DNA from: Rhodosorus marinus CCMP1338
Taxonomy: Eukaryota; Plantae; Rhodophyta
NCBI GenBank assembly: GCA_029953675.1
Contig: JAMWBK010000001.1
Location: 868,001 to 932,000, forward strand
Length of the DNA: 64,000 nucleotides
Direction of reading: 5' to 3'
Below are positions 12,101-23,179 of this stretch, piece after piece (position 1 is the stretch's first letter; each line of letters begins with the position of its first letter). A program made the translations under genes and the position numbers. The notes beneath the pieces were generated by a model. The model worked only from the letters and a program-made list of their open reading frames with translations. It had not been told where the DNA came from and ran no database searches.

Positions 12101-12371
12101 GCGGCAAGTGAAATATTCGCAGTACGCGGTAGCGATGTCAAACCCTACCTTTCGCGATTCGGTGGTGGCATACCGGTTCGTCCCGCTCATTATTGAGTGC
12201 TTTGGCTTGATAGATAGTGTAGGTTCTCGCTGGCTGCGAGCTCTGTTTCGCAACGACACAGGGCGTTTATATAGTCTGCTCACGGAGCTTTCTTTGACCC
12301 TGTGGCGCTCCAATTCTGCTTTGTTTGTGGACGTGCGTCATCAGCGTCTTATCTCTCGCTTCTCAGGGTAG
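9194..12371 (+). pseudogene. Family A polyprotein: reverse transcriptase, CCHC zinc knuckle, restriction-like endonuclease (disrupted)
   Basis: WKLLFFFPRLVL; KGRAPGPSGLR; LRPIGMCEALRKL; SVDFANAFNSVSR; GVQQGDP; AFHDDVTLLG; GLRINHAKC; FGVPVGS; LxVRLGGLA; CALCG..HLLASC..RRH; RVADLVV..EYIDLSI..K..FVPLIIECFG. Split across ORFs 9194-9772, 9931-10227, 10232-10528, 10423-10866, 10845-11768 and 11790-12371. Confidence 0.9.
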
Positions 12372-12446
12372 TTAGCCTCTGAATAAGCGGATCTAAGTTC
12401 GAGATGATGATCCGGATCTAAGTTCGAGATGGTCTAAGTTCGAGAT

Positions 12447-13685
12447 CTGTAAGCGTCAAGCGCGGATACGGCAGGTATGACCGTGAAGAAGCGGGAACTG
12501 AGACTTTCCCCCAAACCGCGCAGGCGAACCAAAGTCGACGCCGAGCAGGAAGATGAACTCAGAAGGGTAACTGGCATACGAGTCCCGATGTATGTCCCAC
12601 GAAAGGTTTTTTGGATTGCATCCGTCCTCGAAGGGGCCGGACCCGACCGCGAAACACCCTCCTCTGGCGGTCTCGACGGCACAGCCACGGCGTCAATATC
12701 CTCGGCAGTTTCTACACCGCTTCAACACACGGCGCTGCAGCAGAGACTCCCGAACGCCGGCCGCCGAGTGAGTCGAGAATTGCCGCCCAGGAAGCACGAC
12801 GAGTCTGGGTACCACTCGGCAGGGCGGTGCGGGGCGAGAGTCGCATCCAACCTCCCAACCCGAAGCCCTCTCAACAAACCATTCACATGCGGATCACGCT
12901 CAGTAGACCGACCATGTATTAAGCGCATTGGCCTACAAACTCACCACAGCCGCCGGCTGGATCCCCGCGTAAGATCCCACGGCCAGCCCGCCCAACCGCA
13001 CGGGCAACGCGATCTGCCGGTGATGGACTCCTTTTTCTGCGTCCCCCAAAGCAGATAGCTCAGCATCCATCAGCATGCCTAGCACGTCCCTCCCTCGTTG
13101 GTCTGCGAGGAGCGCCAACCCCGCTCGGATGGTAGCTGCCGCAAAAAAATGGTTTAGTGTCTGACACGCGCTGAACCGGAAGATGAGCAGAGCGGTCTGG
13201 AGCTACCCTTCTGGAAGACTGCACAGCTCCATCAGGAGCTCATCGTGGTGACTCCCTCAGTAGCGCGGAGAGGGTGCGTTCGACAAATATCGGGGTGCCC
13301 ACGGGGAACAAAGCTCCGTGAGCAGACTATCTAAACGCCTTGGCCTACAGAACCTACACTATCTATCAAGCCTAAGCACTCAATAATGAGAGGGACGAAC
13401 CGGTATGCCACCACCGAATCGCGAAAGGTAGGGTTTGACATCGCTGCCGCGTACTGCGAATATTTCACTTGCCGCGTGGACCGAGCTGCAGCTCCTCGAC
13501 GCCGAGCCGACGCAGGCAGGTACCTGGTCGCCTGAGGACAAGGGATGGAGATGTGGTCAATGTACTCACTGCGACGCGCATTGAGGTCAGTCACAACGAG
13601 ATCCGCCACCCGCTGTACCGCTGGGGCGTCACTCTCATCAGCAATTTCCGATGCCACCGCCAGAGCGACCTCATACTCTACTTCT
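12447..13685 (-). mobile_element. Family A minus-strand fragments (thumb/linker region, then a 3'-region piece)
   Basis: 12447-13308 is the reverse complement of the region from about 10760 to 11670 of the full-length copy. 13309-13685 is the reverse complement of the RLE region. Confidence 0.85.
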
Positions 13686-14753
13686 CGCCCTGCCGAGTGG
13701 TACCCAGGCTCGGTGCGATTCCTGGCCGGCAGTTCTTGACTCACTCGGTGGCCAGCGTTCGGGAGTCTCTGCTGCAGCACCGTCTGTTGGAAATGGTGTA
13801 AGAACTGCCGAGGATATTGACGCCGTGGCTGTGCCCTCGAGACCGCCAGAGGAGGGCGTTTCCCGGTCGTGTCCTGCCCCTTCGACGAGCGATGTAATCC
13901 TTTCGTGGCACATACATCGGGACTCGTATGCCACCCTTCTGAGTTTACCTTCGTGCTCGGCGTCGACTTTGGCTCGCCTGCGCGGTTTGGGGGGGAGTCT
14001 CAGCTCCTGTTTCTTCATAGCTGCGTATCCGCGGTTGGCGCTTACCGATCTCGAACTTCGTGCAAGCTTACGACTTTCCCTGGGCTCGCCGCAACCCCCT
14101 TGGCCTATTGAGCGGGATTCTAGATGCGCATTGTGCGGGGCCAATGTGCCGTAGGGTGATTATGGTGCGCATCTGTTGGCGTCTTGTGCGGAGGTTCAAG
14201 GGGCCCGGACCAGACGCCATACGCGGCTCCCCCGCTTGCTTTTCCGCTACCTTCTTTCTCAATCGCTCGGTACGGACCGAGAAGTGAAGTATGAGGTCGC
14301 TCTGGTGGTGGCATCGGGAAATTGCTGATGAGAGTGACGCCCCAGCAGTACAGCGGGTGGCGGATCTCGTTGTGACTGACCTCAATGCGCGTCGCAGTGA
14401 GTACATTGACCTCTCCATCCCTTGTCCTCAGGCACGGCGTCGAGCAGCTGCAGGCAGGTCCATGCGGCAAGTGAAAGATTCGCAGTACGCGGCAGCGATG
14501 TCAAACCCTACTTTTCGCGATTCGGCGGTGACATACCGGTTCGTCCCCCTCATTATTGAGTGCTTTGGCTTGATCGATAGTGTAGTTTCTCGCTGGCTGC
14601 GAGCTCTGTTTCGCAACGACACAGGGCGTTTAGATAGTCTGCTCGCGGAGCTTTCTTTGACCCTGTGGCACTCCAATTCTGCTTTGTTTGTGGACGTGCG
14701 TCATCAGCGTCTTATCTCTGGCTTCTCAGGGTAGTTAGCCTCTGAATAAACGG
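13686..14753 (+). mobile_element. Family A1 5'-truncated copy, about 1.07 kb
   Basis: ORFs 13651-14154 and 14291-14734 match the full-length copy. 3' terminus at 14731-14753. Confidence 0.9.
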
Positions 14754-15701
14754 AACGAGGAATATCCCCAGAAGGAAAACGCCCAAAAAACCCTTCGAAC
14801 CAAGAGAAAAGGCGGGAACGCCAGTCGTCAAAGCTACCTGGGCTCGGAAAGAAAGCAGGAAGCTCGTAATGTCCCCTAAACTACTCAAACATCCTGCTCC
14901 CTCACCACGGAGTAAGCGTCTACGGGATGCGAATCCGAAGCTAATCAGAAGGATTTCCCCCCGCAACTGGCGCCTAAGAGGGGACGCTTGAGCGGAGAGG
15001 CACGCAAAGAGGAGATAGTGTAGGTTCTCGCTGGCTGCGAGCTCTCTTTCGCAACGACCCAGGGCGTTTAGATAGTCTGCTCACGGAGCTTTCTTTGAAC
15101 CTGCGGCGCTCCAATTCTGCTTTGTTTGTGGACGCGCGTCATCAGCGTCTTGTCTCTCGCTTCTCAGGGTAGTTAGCCTCTGAATAAACGGATCTAATCT
15201 AAGAGGAGAGAGAGGCATAGATAGCCCCTAAGGAGCCGGAGACCCTCCCCCGGACGCCAAGGGCGAAAGGGCGCTCGGCTCAATGGCGTGCGGGTCCACC
15301 TCAGGATCGACATTTACAGATGTAAATGTCGATCCGGAGGTGGATCTATAGAGGGTGGCTCCCCCAGGTCTTCACAAGGCTCTGCACCGACAGACAGACG
15401 CCCGGCGGGAAACGCCTGAGCAAAGTCAGGATGATTCTCCATAAGCGAAGTTTCCGAGGCAAGGAAATCTTGGACAGAAGCATGGAGGAAACCCCTATTT
15501 GGGATCCGATCTAGCAGGTTTTCCTGAACACTTGAAAGCCGCTCAAAATGGGGCGAACCGCCTGACCATGGCGGTTCGGCCCAGGTCAGAATGTCCTCTG
15601 CGCGAGCGCCAAGGAGATCCGAAGGGGCGAGGGATTCGGAAGAGAAACGGTCAAGATCCAAGCAGTAAAGAAACGTGGGCGCGTGTCAAAACCTTATTCG
15701 C
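14754..15701 (-). mobile_element. Family A 5' portion, interrupted by a 186-nt plus-strand 3' stub (15015-15200, TSD AAGAGGAG)
   Basis: Reverse complement of about 8622-9330. AAGAGGAG at 15007-15014 and 15201-15208. Confidence 0.85.
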
Positions 15702-15711
15702 TAATAAGTCC

Positions 15712-16952
15712 CGATGACACACACCTCTACGCTTCGCCGAAGTATGACACGGGTGGCTGCCGACATCCAGAAGGTACTCCGCACTGTCTCGGAGAGCTTG
15801 CGGCTGACTGTTCGCTTTCGATCGCGCGGGCCGCCACATGGGACGGACTCCTGAACCCGAGCCCAGTGCAAACCCATGCATCAACTGCGACGACCGGAGG
15901 CAACCCACCACGGCCTCTATCGAATGGGAAAGCCCAGCTTTCTCCCCCGCTCTACACCAGACAGTGTACAGGGCCATAGTCGACGAATCGACGGTCCCAG
16001 TCTACGTGCGAGCTAGACTTTGGTCAGCAACCGGTGGCGCCAGCGGTACCTGGCTTCGCGACATTCCCACGGCCCTTGCAATCTCCGTCACCAGGCAGCA
16101 ACTCCTAGCCAATATCCGACAACTCCTTGGAGTACCGCTAGCTGATTAACCGTGGCCCGCGCCCTGCCCTTCCTGCCGAGCAACCCACGACGTTATCAAC
16201 TGCTCCACCGTTGCTCACCGCTCTCTACGAATGCCCATCCATCGACACCACGAGCTAGTGAGGACCACCGCGCGACCTCTGAGAGATTGGGGTTACGAGG
16301 ACGTTGTCGTTGAGCCATGATCTGTGAGGAACTAGCCAATCGCGCACCTCATATCCATTCGAAGCACCTCTCACGCACCTGACGTCATTCTGCGATGTGG
16401 TAGTAACCAGCACCCTCCAGGCGGCCTTCCTGCGACGTACAGCTACGCGACCTGGCCTTGCTGCCAACACTGCCGCTCAAGCGAAAGCGAAGTCAACAAA
16501 CATCACTCTGCCGTTGCTGACCCAGAGGACTTCACCCCGATAGCGCCGTACAGCTACGCGACCTGGCCTTGCTGCCAACACTGCCGCTCAAGCGAAAGCG
16601 AAGTCAACAAACATCACTCTGCCGTTGCTGACCCAGAGGACTTCACCCCGATAGCGCCCGAGACCTATCTATGGAAGACTCGCGATACGTACGATGACAG
16701 ACCTTCGTCAGCTCACAAGGCACCTTGACCGCAGCGCCCTCAGTAGAGCTATAGCCACGATGAACCACACACTGTGGAGAGGCAACGCCTGGGCTGCTCT
16801 CAATAGCCGAGGGAGTACCGGGAGTACTAGGTAGTTGGTGGTGTACAGTAGATGAATATCTTCGTGAAGAGAAGATGAATATCTACTAGTCGTCATATGT
16901 TTGTAAGTCCTCTTTCGATTTCGTAGGACACCCATCCGGGATTGCTAGTTTC
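15712..16952 (+). mobile_element. Family B RLE non-LTR element, 3' portion (copy B1)
   Basis: RARLWSATGGASGTWLRDIP..RQLLGVPL, knuckle remnants and a DVVVT-like RLE segment. Homologous to 21982-23170 but not to family A at the DNA level. Confidence 0.8.
16437..16658 (+). repeat. Perfect 111-bp tandem duplication inside B1
   Basis: GTACAGCTACGCG...GATAGCGCC at 16437-16547 and 16548-16658. Confidence 0.9.
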
Positions 16953-17113
16953 AAAGTAAAACCCTAAGTTCACAGTAAACCCTAAACGAATGATGAAACC
17001 CTAGGTACAAGAGGATGTTCAATCAACTCCGTACGTTGCGGCGGCGAAGTGGAAGGACGAACGGCCAAGACAGGCCAACGAAGGTCCGGAGTTGAGCTTA
17101 CACGAAGTAGGTC

Positions 17114-17562
17114 GCAGCGGTACGGCGGGTGGCGGATCTCGTTGTGACAGACCTCAATGCGCGTCGCAGTGAGTACATTGACCTCTCCATCCCTTGTCCT
17201 CAGGAGACCAGGTACCTGCCTGCGTCGGCTCGGCGTCGAGGAGCTGCAGCTCGGTCCATGCGGCAAGTGAAAGATTCGCACTACGCGGCAGCGATGTCAA
17301 ACCCTACCTTTCGCGATTCGACGGTGACATACCGGTTCGTCCCCCTCATTATTGAGTGCTTTTGCATGATCGATAGTGTAGGTTCTCGCTGGCTGCGAGC
17401 TCTGTTTCGCAGCGACCCAGGGCGTTTAGATAGTCTCCTCACGGAGCTTTCTTTGACCCTGTGGCGCTCCAATTCTGCTTTGTTTGTGGACGCGCGGCAT
17501 CAGCGTCTTGTCTCTCGCTTCTCAGGGTAGTTAGTTAGCCTCTGAATAGACGGATCATCATC
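17114..17562 (+). mobile_element. Family A1 3' fragment with (ATC)3 tail
   Basis: ORF 17129-17530. Terminus ..TCTGAATAGACGGATCATCATC. Confidence 0.9.
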
Positions 17563-17649
17563 GACAGGACCGGGCATGCAGTACATACGCTGTTTTCGGA
17601 ATCAGCTAGCGATCAGGGGGACGAACCGGTATGTCACCGCCGAATCGCA

Positions 17650-19190
17650 CATGTTGTCTACCTCGCAGCTACATCATCTACCTGCGGCTGCCCCACGCAA
17701 TACTCTTCTTGCTGCTGTATTTGAGCAGGAGCTACTCGACGGAATCGACGACCTGAAGTGTGCAAAGGCGGCGGGCCCAAGCGGTTTACACGCCGAGCAC
17801 ATGCAAGCTCTCCCGATCGCGACTCTGCAGTTGCTCGCGCAGCTGCTGCGCCGCCTCGCCACGCGGGCCAGTTTTACTTCCCGGAACAGTTCCACGTACT
17901 ATTCCGGATGGCCAAGGTGATTCCTCTGCCGAAGGAGGACTTCACTCCTGACTCGATGAGATGATCCGTTTATTCAGAGCCTAACAACCCTGAGAAGCGA
18001 GAGACATGACGCTGATGACGCGCGTCTACAAATAGAGCAGCATTTGAGCGCCACAGGGTCAAAGTACCCTCTAGTTGGAAATTCCGACCTATCACGATTT
18101 CGGAGACATTACGTAAGCTCACGGCACTCGTCCTTGCGCGGCGTCTCCGAGTCCGGGCGCGACAACCTGTTAGTACCTGTGCAACTGGGCGTACACGTTT
18201 CGTCTGCGTGTGAGCAGATGTGCACAGTATCCGGGTGACCTCTCCGGCAACGGCCCTTCTCCGTCTGGATCTGACTAACTCATCTCCGTCTGGACCTGAC
18301 TAACTCATTCAATCGCGTTGACCTCAAGTCGCCCGCTATTTCCCACAAATTCTGCCATACACAGGATGATCTACCCGCCCTGCAGCCCGAACCAGCCTCT
18401 GGTGACGTGTTGACGCGAAGACACCAAGCAATGGCGCCGTTTAACAATGCATCAAGGCGTGTCCAGCAGGGAGATCCACTGGGTTCGCCCCTGCATGCAC
18501 TCGCCCTATTCGATGATCCGTTTATTCAGAGGCTAACCACCCTGAGAAGCGAGGGACAAGACGCTGATGACGCGCGCGTCCACAAAGAAAGCAGAATTGG
18601 AGCGCCACAGGGTCAAAGATTCCCTGTGTTGTCGAGATAACCAGCGCCGGCAGTTCCCCGACATCACTGTACTGGCGTTTCACTACGATATTTCGATCCT
18701 GGCCTCTGTACAACAACTGGACTCGGTTCTGCAATGGAAGTCACGACCACCTGAAGAGAATTGGGGCGCAGCTACAGCGCGAAAAGTGCACCATCTCGCA
18801 CCATCCAGAGGTTACCGCCGAACTGGACCAACAAACAATATTACCAGCGTCGCGCGGCAGTCGGAAGGACTGTGCATCCACAGCGTTCCTATCGGCACAT
18901 CATCCAGCTACGGATTGCAGCAGACACGGTGGCTCCTTCTTCAACACGAACGTCTGGTCCAAGGCATCATCCGCCTAGCCCCCGACACCTTCCTCAGCGA
19001 CTCTGCCTATTTCGCTATTGCGCGAGTGGCCGCTCGACCTATTTTCTTCGGGCTCTTGATGCTGCAGCTGGAGCCGTCAGCGCAGGAGGTGGACGCGCGC
19101 TCTCTCCAGGTGCACAGTCGACTCTGCGGGCCGCTCCATGACCATCAGCTTCTGTCCGCCAGCGATTCACGCCTGGTGCAGTCGCAGATA
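17650..19190 (+). pseudogene. Family B reverse transcriptase region, interrupted by two antiparallel family A stubs (17960-18064, 18512-18618)
   Basis: DDLKCAKAAGPSGLHAEH; FRMAKVIPLPK; FRPITISETLRKL; QLGVHV; LDLTNSFNRV; VQQGDPLGSPLHALALF|PVLSR; LAFHYDISIL. Confidence 0.8.
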
Positions 19191-19980
19191 CATCATCATC
19201 GTCATGAGTTTATCACAGCCTAACTACCCTGAGAAGCGAGAAACAAGACGCTGATGACGCGGGTCGAACAATAAAGCCGCGTTGGAACGCCATAAGGTCA
19301 AGGACAGCTCCGTGAGAAGGCTATCAAGACGACTTGGGCTGTGACGAAAGAGCCCACGAAGCCAGCGAGAGCCGGCACAATCAACTAAACCAAAGCACTC
19401 GATGATGAGTGGAACAAACCGATAGGACAAGGCCGAATCGCGGAGCGTGGAGTCCAACATAGCTACAGCGTACTGGGACTCCATCAGTTGCCGCATTGAC
19501 CGAGCCGCAGCGCCACGGCAGCGTGCAGATGCGGGTAGGTATCTGGTCGCCTGAGGACAAGGAATAGAAAGGTCAACGTACTCACTCCGACGGGCGCGGA
19601 GATCAGTCACCACTAGATCCGCCACCCGCTGCACCCCTGGTGCGTCAGCCGTATCAGTAGTTGCCGTGGCCACGGGCAGAGGGACTTCATACTCCACCTC
19701 CCGGTCAGTGCCCAGGATCTGGGAACGAAGATAGCGAAACAGCAACCGGTTGAGCCGCGTATGACGACGAGTCCGGCCCCGGGCCCCCTGGACCTGCGGA
19801 CAGGGTGCCAACAGGTGTCCACCAAATTCACCGCACGGCACGTGGCTACCGCACAGGTTACAACTCGAGGCCCCAGCCGCGGGCCATGGCGGTTGGGGCA
19901 AGCCAAAGTACAAACGTAAACTCGTGCGCATCTCGAGGTCTGTCATCACCAGCCGCGGGTAGGCAGGAATGACCGTAAAG
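19191..19980 (-). mobile_element. Subfamily A2 5'-truncated copy with ATG-type tail
   Basis: Open 241-aa frame 19224-19949 (EVPLPVATATTDTADAPG variant). Close to 28114-28860. Confidence 0.9.
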
Positions 19981-21065
19981 ATGATCCGCTTATTCAGACG
20001 CTAACTACCCTGAGAAGCGAGAGACAAGACGCTGATGACGCACGTCCACAAACAAAGCAGAACTGGAGTGCCACAGGGTCAAAGAAAGCTCCGTGAGCAG
20101 ACTATCTAAACGCCCTGGGTCGTTGCGAAACAGAGCTCGCAGCCAGCGAGAACCTACACTATCTATTAAGCCAAAGCACTCAATGAGGGGGACGAACCGG
20201 TATGTCACCGCCGAATCGCGAAAGGTAGGGTTTGACATCGCTGCCGCGTCCTGCGAATCTTTCACTTGCCGCATGGACCGAGCTGCAGCTCCTCGACGCC
20301 GAGCCGACGCAGGCAGGTACCTGGTCGCCTGAGGACAAGGGATGGAGAGGTCAATGTACTCACTGCGACGCGCATTGAGGTCAGTCACAACGAGATCCGC
20401 CACCCGCTCTACCGCTGGGGCGTCACTCTCATCAGCAATTTCCGATACCACCGCCAGAGCGACCTCTTACTCATACTCCACTTGTGAGAGCTGAGGTTAC
20501 TCGCCACAGCACGAAGGCGAGCCAAGGTCGAAGGCGGAGACCACAAAGGCGAGCCGAGGTCAAAGGCGGAGAGGAAGCTGAACCGAGAAGGGTGGCGTAC
20601 GAGTCGCGATGTACGTCCCGGGAAAGGGTTTTTTGTACTACATCAGTTCTCGAAGGGGCCGGGCCCGACCGGGTAACAGACTCCTCAGGCGGCCTCGACG
20701 GCACGGCAACAGCGCCCGTTTCAGCATCGATATCATCCATGTCAGCAACGTCTCCAGCGCAAACCCCAGCCCCCATCCGGGCTCCACTGTCAAGGCACGA
20801 TTCGGCCGCAGAGCTTCCCGAACGAGATCCGTCAAAAGAGTCAAGAACTGCCCGCCACGACCCGTAGCGGGGTTGTCTACCGCTTGGCAGGGCAGTACAT
20901 TTCTGAAACGCACCTTCCGGCTCGTCAAAAACGCCTCCGAGCCTCGAGCTGAGAGTCACGTCCAAATGCCCCTTTCGGAGGCTTCGTAACAAACCACGTA
21001 CGGCGAGATTGCTCTCCTTAGACCAAGTAGTTAAACCATTTGCCCAAGAGCTCACAACGGCCGCC
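19981..21065 (-). mobile_element. Family A1 3' fragment (19981-20485) joined to a diverged A linker fragment (20486-21065)
   Basis: ORFs 20005-20451 and 20471-21055. Confidence 0.8.
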
Positions 21066-21085
21066 GGTTGGATTATTGTACAACA

Positions 21086-21981
21086 GCGTATCCGCGGTTG
21101 GCGCTTACCAATCTGGAACTTCGTGTAAGCTTACGACTTTACCTGGGCTTACCGCAACCCCCTTGGCTTGTTGAGCCGGATTCTAGATGCGCATTGTGCG
21201 GGGCCAATGTGCCGTGGGGTGATTATGGTGCGCATCTGTTGGCGTCTTGTGCGGAGGTTCAAGGGGCCCGGACCAGACGCCATACGCGGCTCAACCGCTT
21301 GCTTTTTCGCTACCTTCGTTCTCAATCGCTCGGTACGGACCGAGAAGTGGAGTATGAGGTCGCTCTGGCGGTGGCATCGGAGGTTACGTTAGTCTGGGGT
21401 TACGGACCAGACGCCATACAAGGCTCAACCGCTTGCTTTTTCGCTACCTTCGTTCTCAATCGCTCGGTACGGACCGAGAAGTGGAGTATGAAGTCGCTCT
21501 GGCGGTGGCATCGGAAATTGCTGATGAGAGTGACGCCCCAGCGGTACAGCGGGTGACGGATCTCGTTGTGACAGACCTCAATACGCGTGGCAGTGAGTAC
21601 ATTGACCTCTCCATCCCTTGTCCTCAGGCGACCAGGTACCTGCCTGCGTCGGCTCGGCGTCGAGGAGCTGCAGCTCGGTCCATGCGGCAACTGAAAGATT
21701 CGCAGTACGCGGCAGCGATGTCAAACCCTACTTTTCGCGATTCGACGGTGACAAACCGGTTCGTCCCCCTCATTATTGAGTGCTTTGGCTTGATAGATAG
21801 TGTAGGTTCTCGCTGGCTGCGAGCTCTGTTTCGCAACGACCCAAGGCGTTTAGATAGTGTGCTCACGGAGCTTTCTTTGACCCTGTGGCGCTCCAATTCT
21901 GCTTTGTTTGTGGACGTGCGTCACCAGCGTCTTGTCTCTCGCTTCTCACTGTAGTTAGCCTCTGAATAGACGGATCATCAC
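21086..21981 (+). mobile_element. Family A1 5'-truncated copy with an internal ~110-bp duplication
   Basis: ORFs 21068-21556 and 21433-21954. The GGACCAGACGCC..GGTGGCATCGGA block is present twice (about 21268-21381 and 21404-21513). (ATC)n tail at 21973-21981. Confidence 0.85.
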
Positions 21982-23170
21982 CTTGAAGCAACTGCTCACA
22001 AGCAATGAAAGTCCATCTACGCCTCCTAGTGACCTGCCACGCCTCGCGAGCGAGATACGGAATCTGCTCAGGCATATTGCGGAAAACCTACCCGACTCCT
22101 GTTCGCCTGCGATCGCCCGGACTGCCACCTGGGACGGCCTGCTAGATGCCAGCTCGTTGCCAGCACCTGCTGGCATCGGGTATACAGTCAACGACGACCG
22201 CCGAAGATAGCATGCTCAACCTCTGACGCGTGCGGAACGCGCCTTCTCCAATGCGCTGCGCTGCAACAGACAGCCTACGACGTCATTGTCGACGCGCCGA
22301 GGATCCCCGTCTAGTGCGAGCCCGACTTCGGTCAGCCACAGGAGGCGCCAGCGGCACCTGGTTTCGCGATATTCCTACACCTGATGATGATCCGTTTATT
22401 CAGAGGCTAACTGAACCTACAGCTCGTGCCACCTTCGCCACGAGGCAACAGCTCGTCGCGAACATACGGCAACTTCTCGGGGTACCGCTTGTTGATCAAC
22501 CGCCGTCGGCGCCCTGCTCCACGTGCCGCACCACCCATGACGCTTACGGGTATCAACTGCTCCGCCGCTGCCCGCGCTCCATACGCATGCGCGTCCATAC
22601 GCATGCGCGTCCATTGCCACCACGAGCTAGTGAGAACCGTCCCGCGAATGTTGCGATAGTGGGGTTACGAGGATGTCGTCGTCGAGCCCGGCCTCATATG
22701 AGGACCAGCCCCATCGAGCACCTGATATTCACGCGACACACCCGAGGACGCGCCGGACGCTCTTCTTCGATGCCGTGGTTACCAGTCCTTTCCGGATACA
22801 CACCCTGCAAAGATCCGCCAATCGCACTGGCCATTCCGCCGACACTGCCGCTCAAGGAAAAATCAACAACTGCCGCGCCACCGCCGCCGACCCGGAGGAC
22901 TTCATCCCGATAGCCATGGAAAGATTTGGACGAGTCGCCACTCGTACGATGACCGAACTTCGCAGCCTCACCAAGCACCTTCACGCCGAAGACGCCGAAC
23001 GCAACGTCCTCAACAGAGCCCTCGCCTCGATTAACCGGACCCTGTGGAGTGGCAATGCCTGGGTTGGTTGCCCTTAATAGCTTTAGATAGGTAGGTAGTT
23101 TTTCTTGGAGTCACCTGTCGGTGACTCCCCGTTCCCTATCGCAGGACACCCACCCGGGGTTGTTAGTTTC
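21982..23170 (+). mobile_element. Family B 3' portion (copy B2), possibly the same element as the RT at 17650-19190
   Basis: RARLRSATGGASGTWFRDIP; CSTC..H; RAPDIHATHPRTRRTLFFDAVVTSP; AAQGK; FIPIAMERFG; TLWSGNA. Contains a 32-nt A stub at 22383-22414. Confidence 0.85.
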
Positions 23171-23179
23171 TCAGGGGTT

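Larger units (their letters stand above)
8622..12392 (+). mobile_element. Near full-length family A non-LTR retrotransposon (RT - CCHC knuckle - RLE), CRE-like
   Basis: The 5' end GCGAATAAGGTTTTGACACGC coincides with the 5' limit of an independent copy (15701, minus strand). The 3' end is ..TCTGAATAAGCGGAT. About 3.77 kb. Confidence 0.9.
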
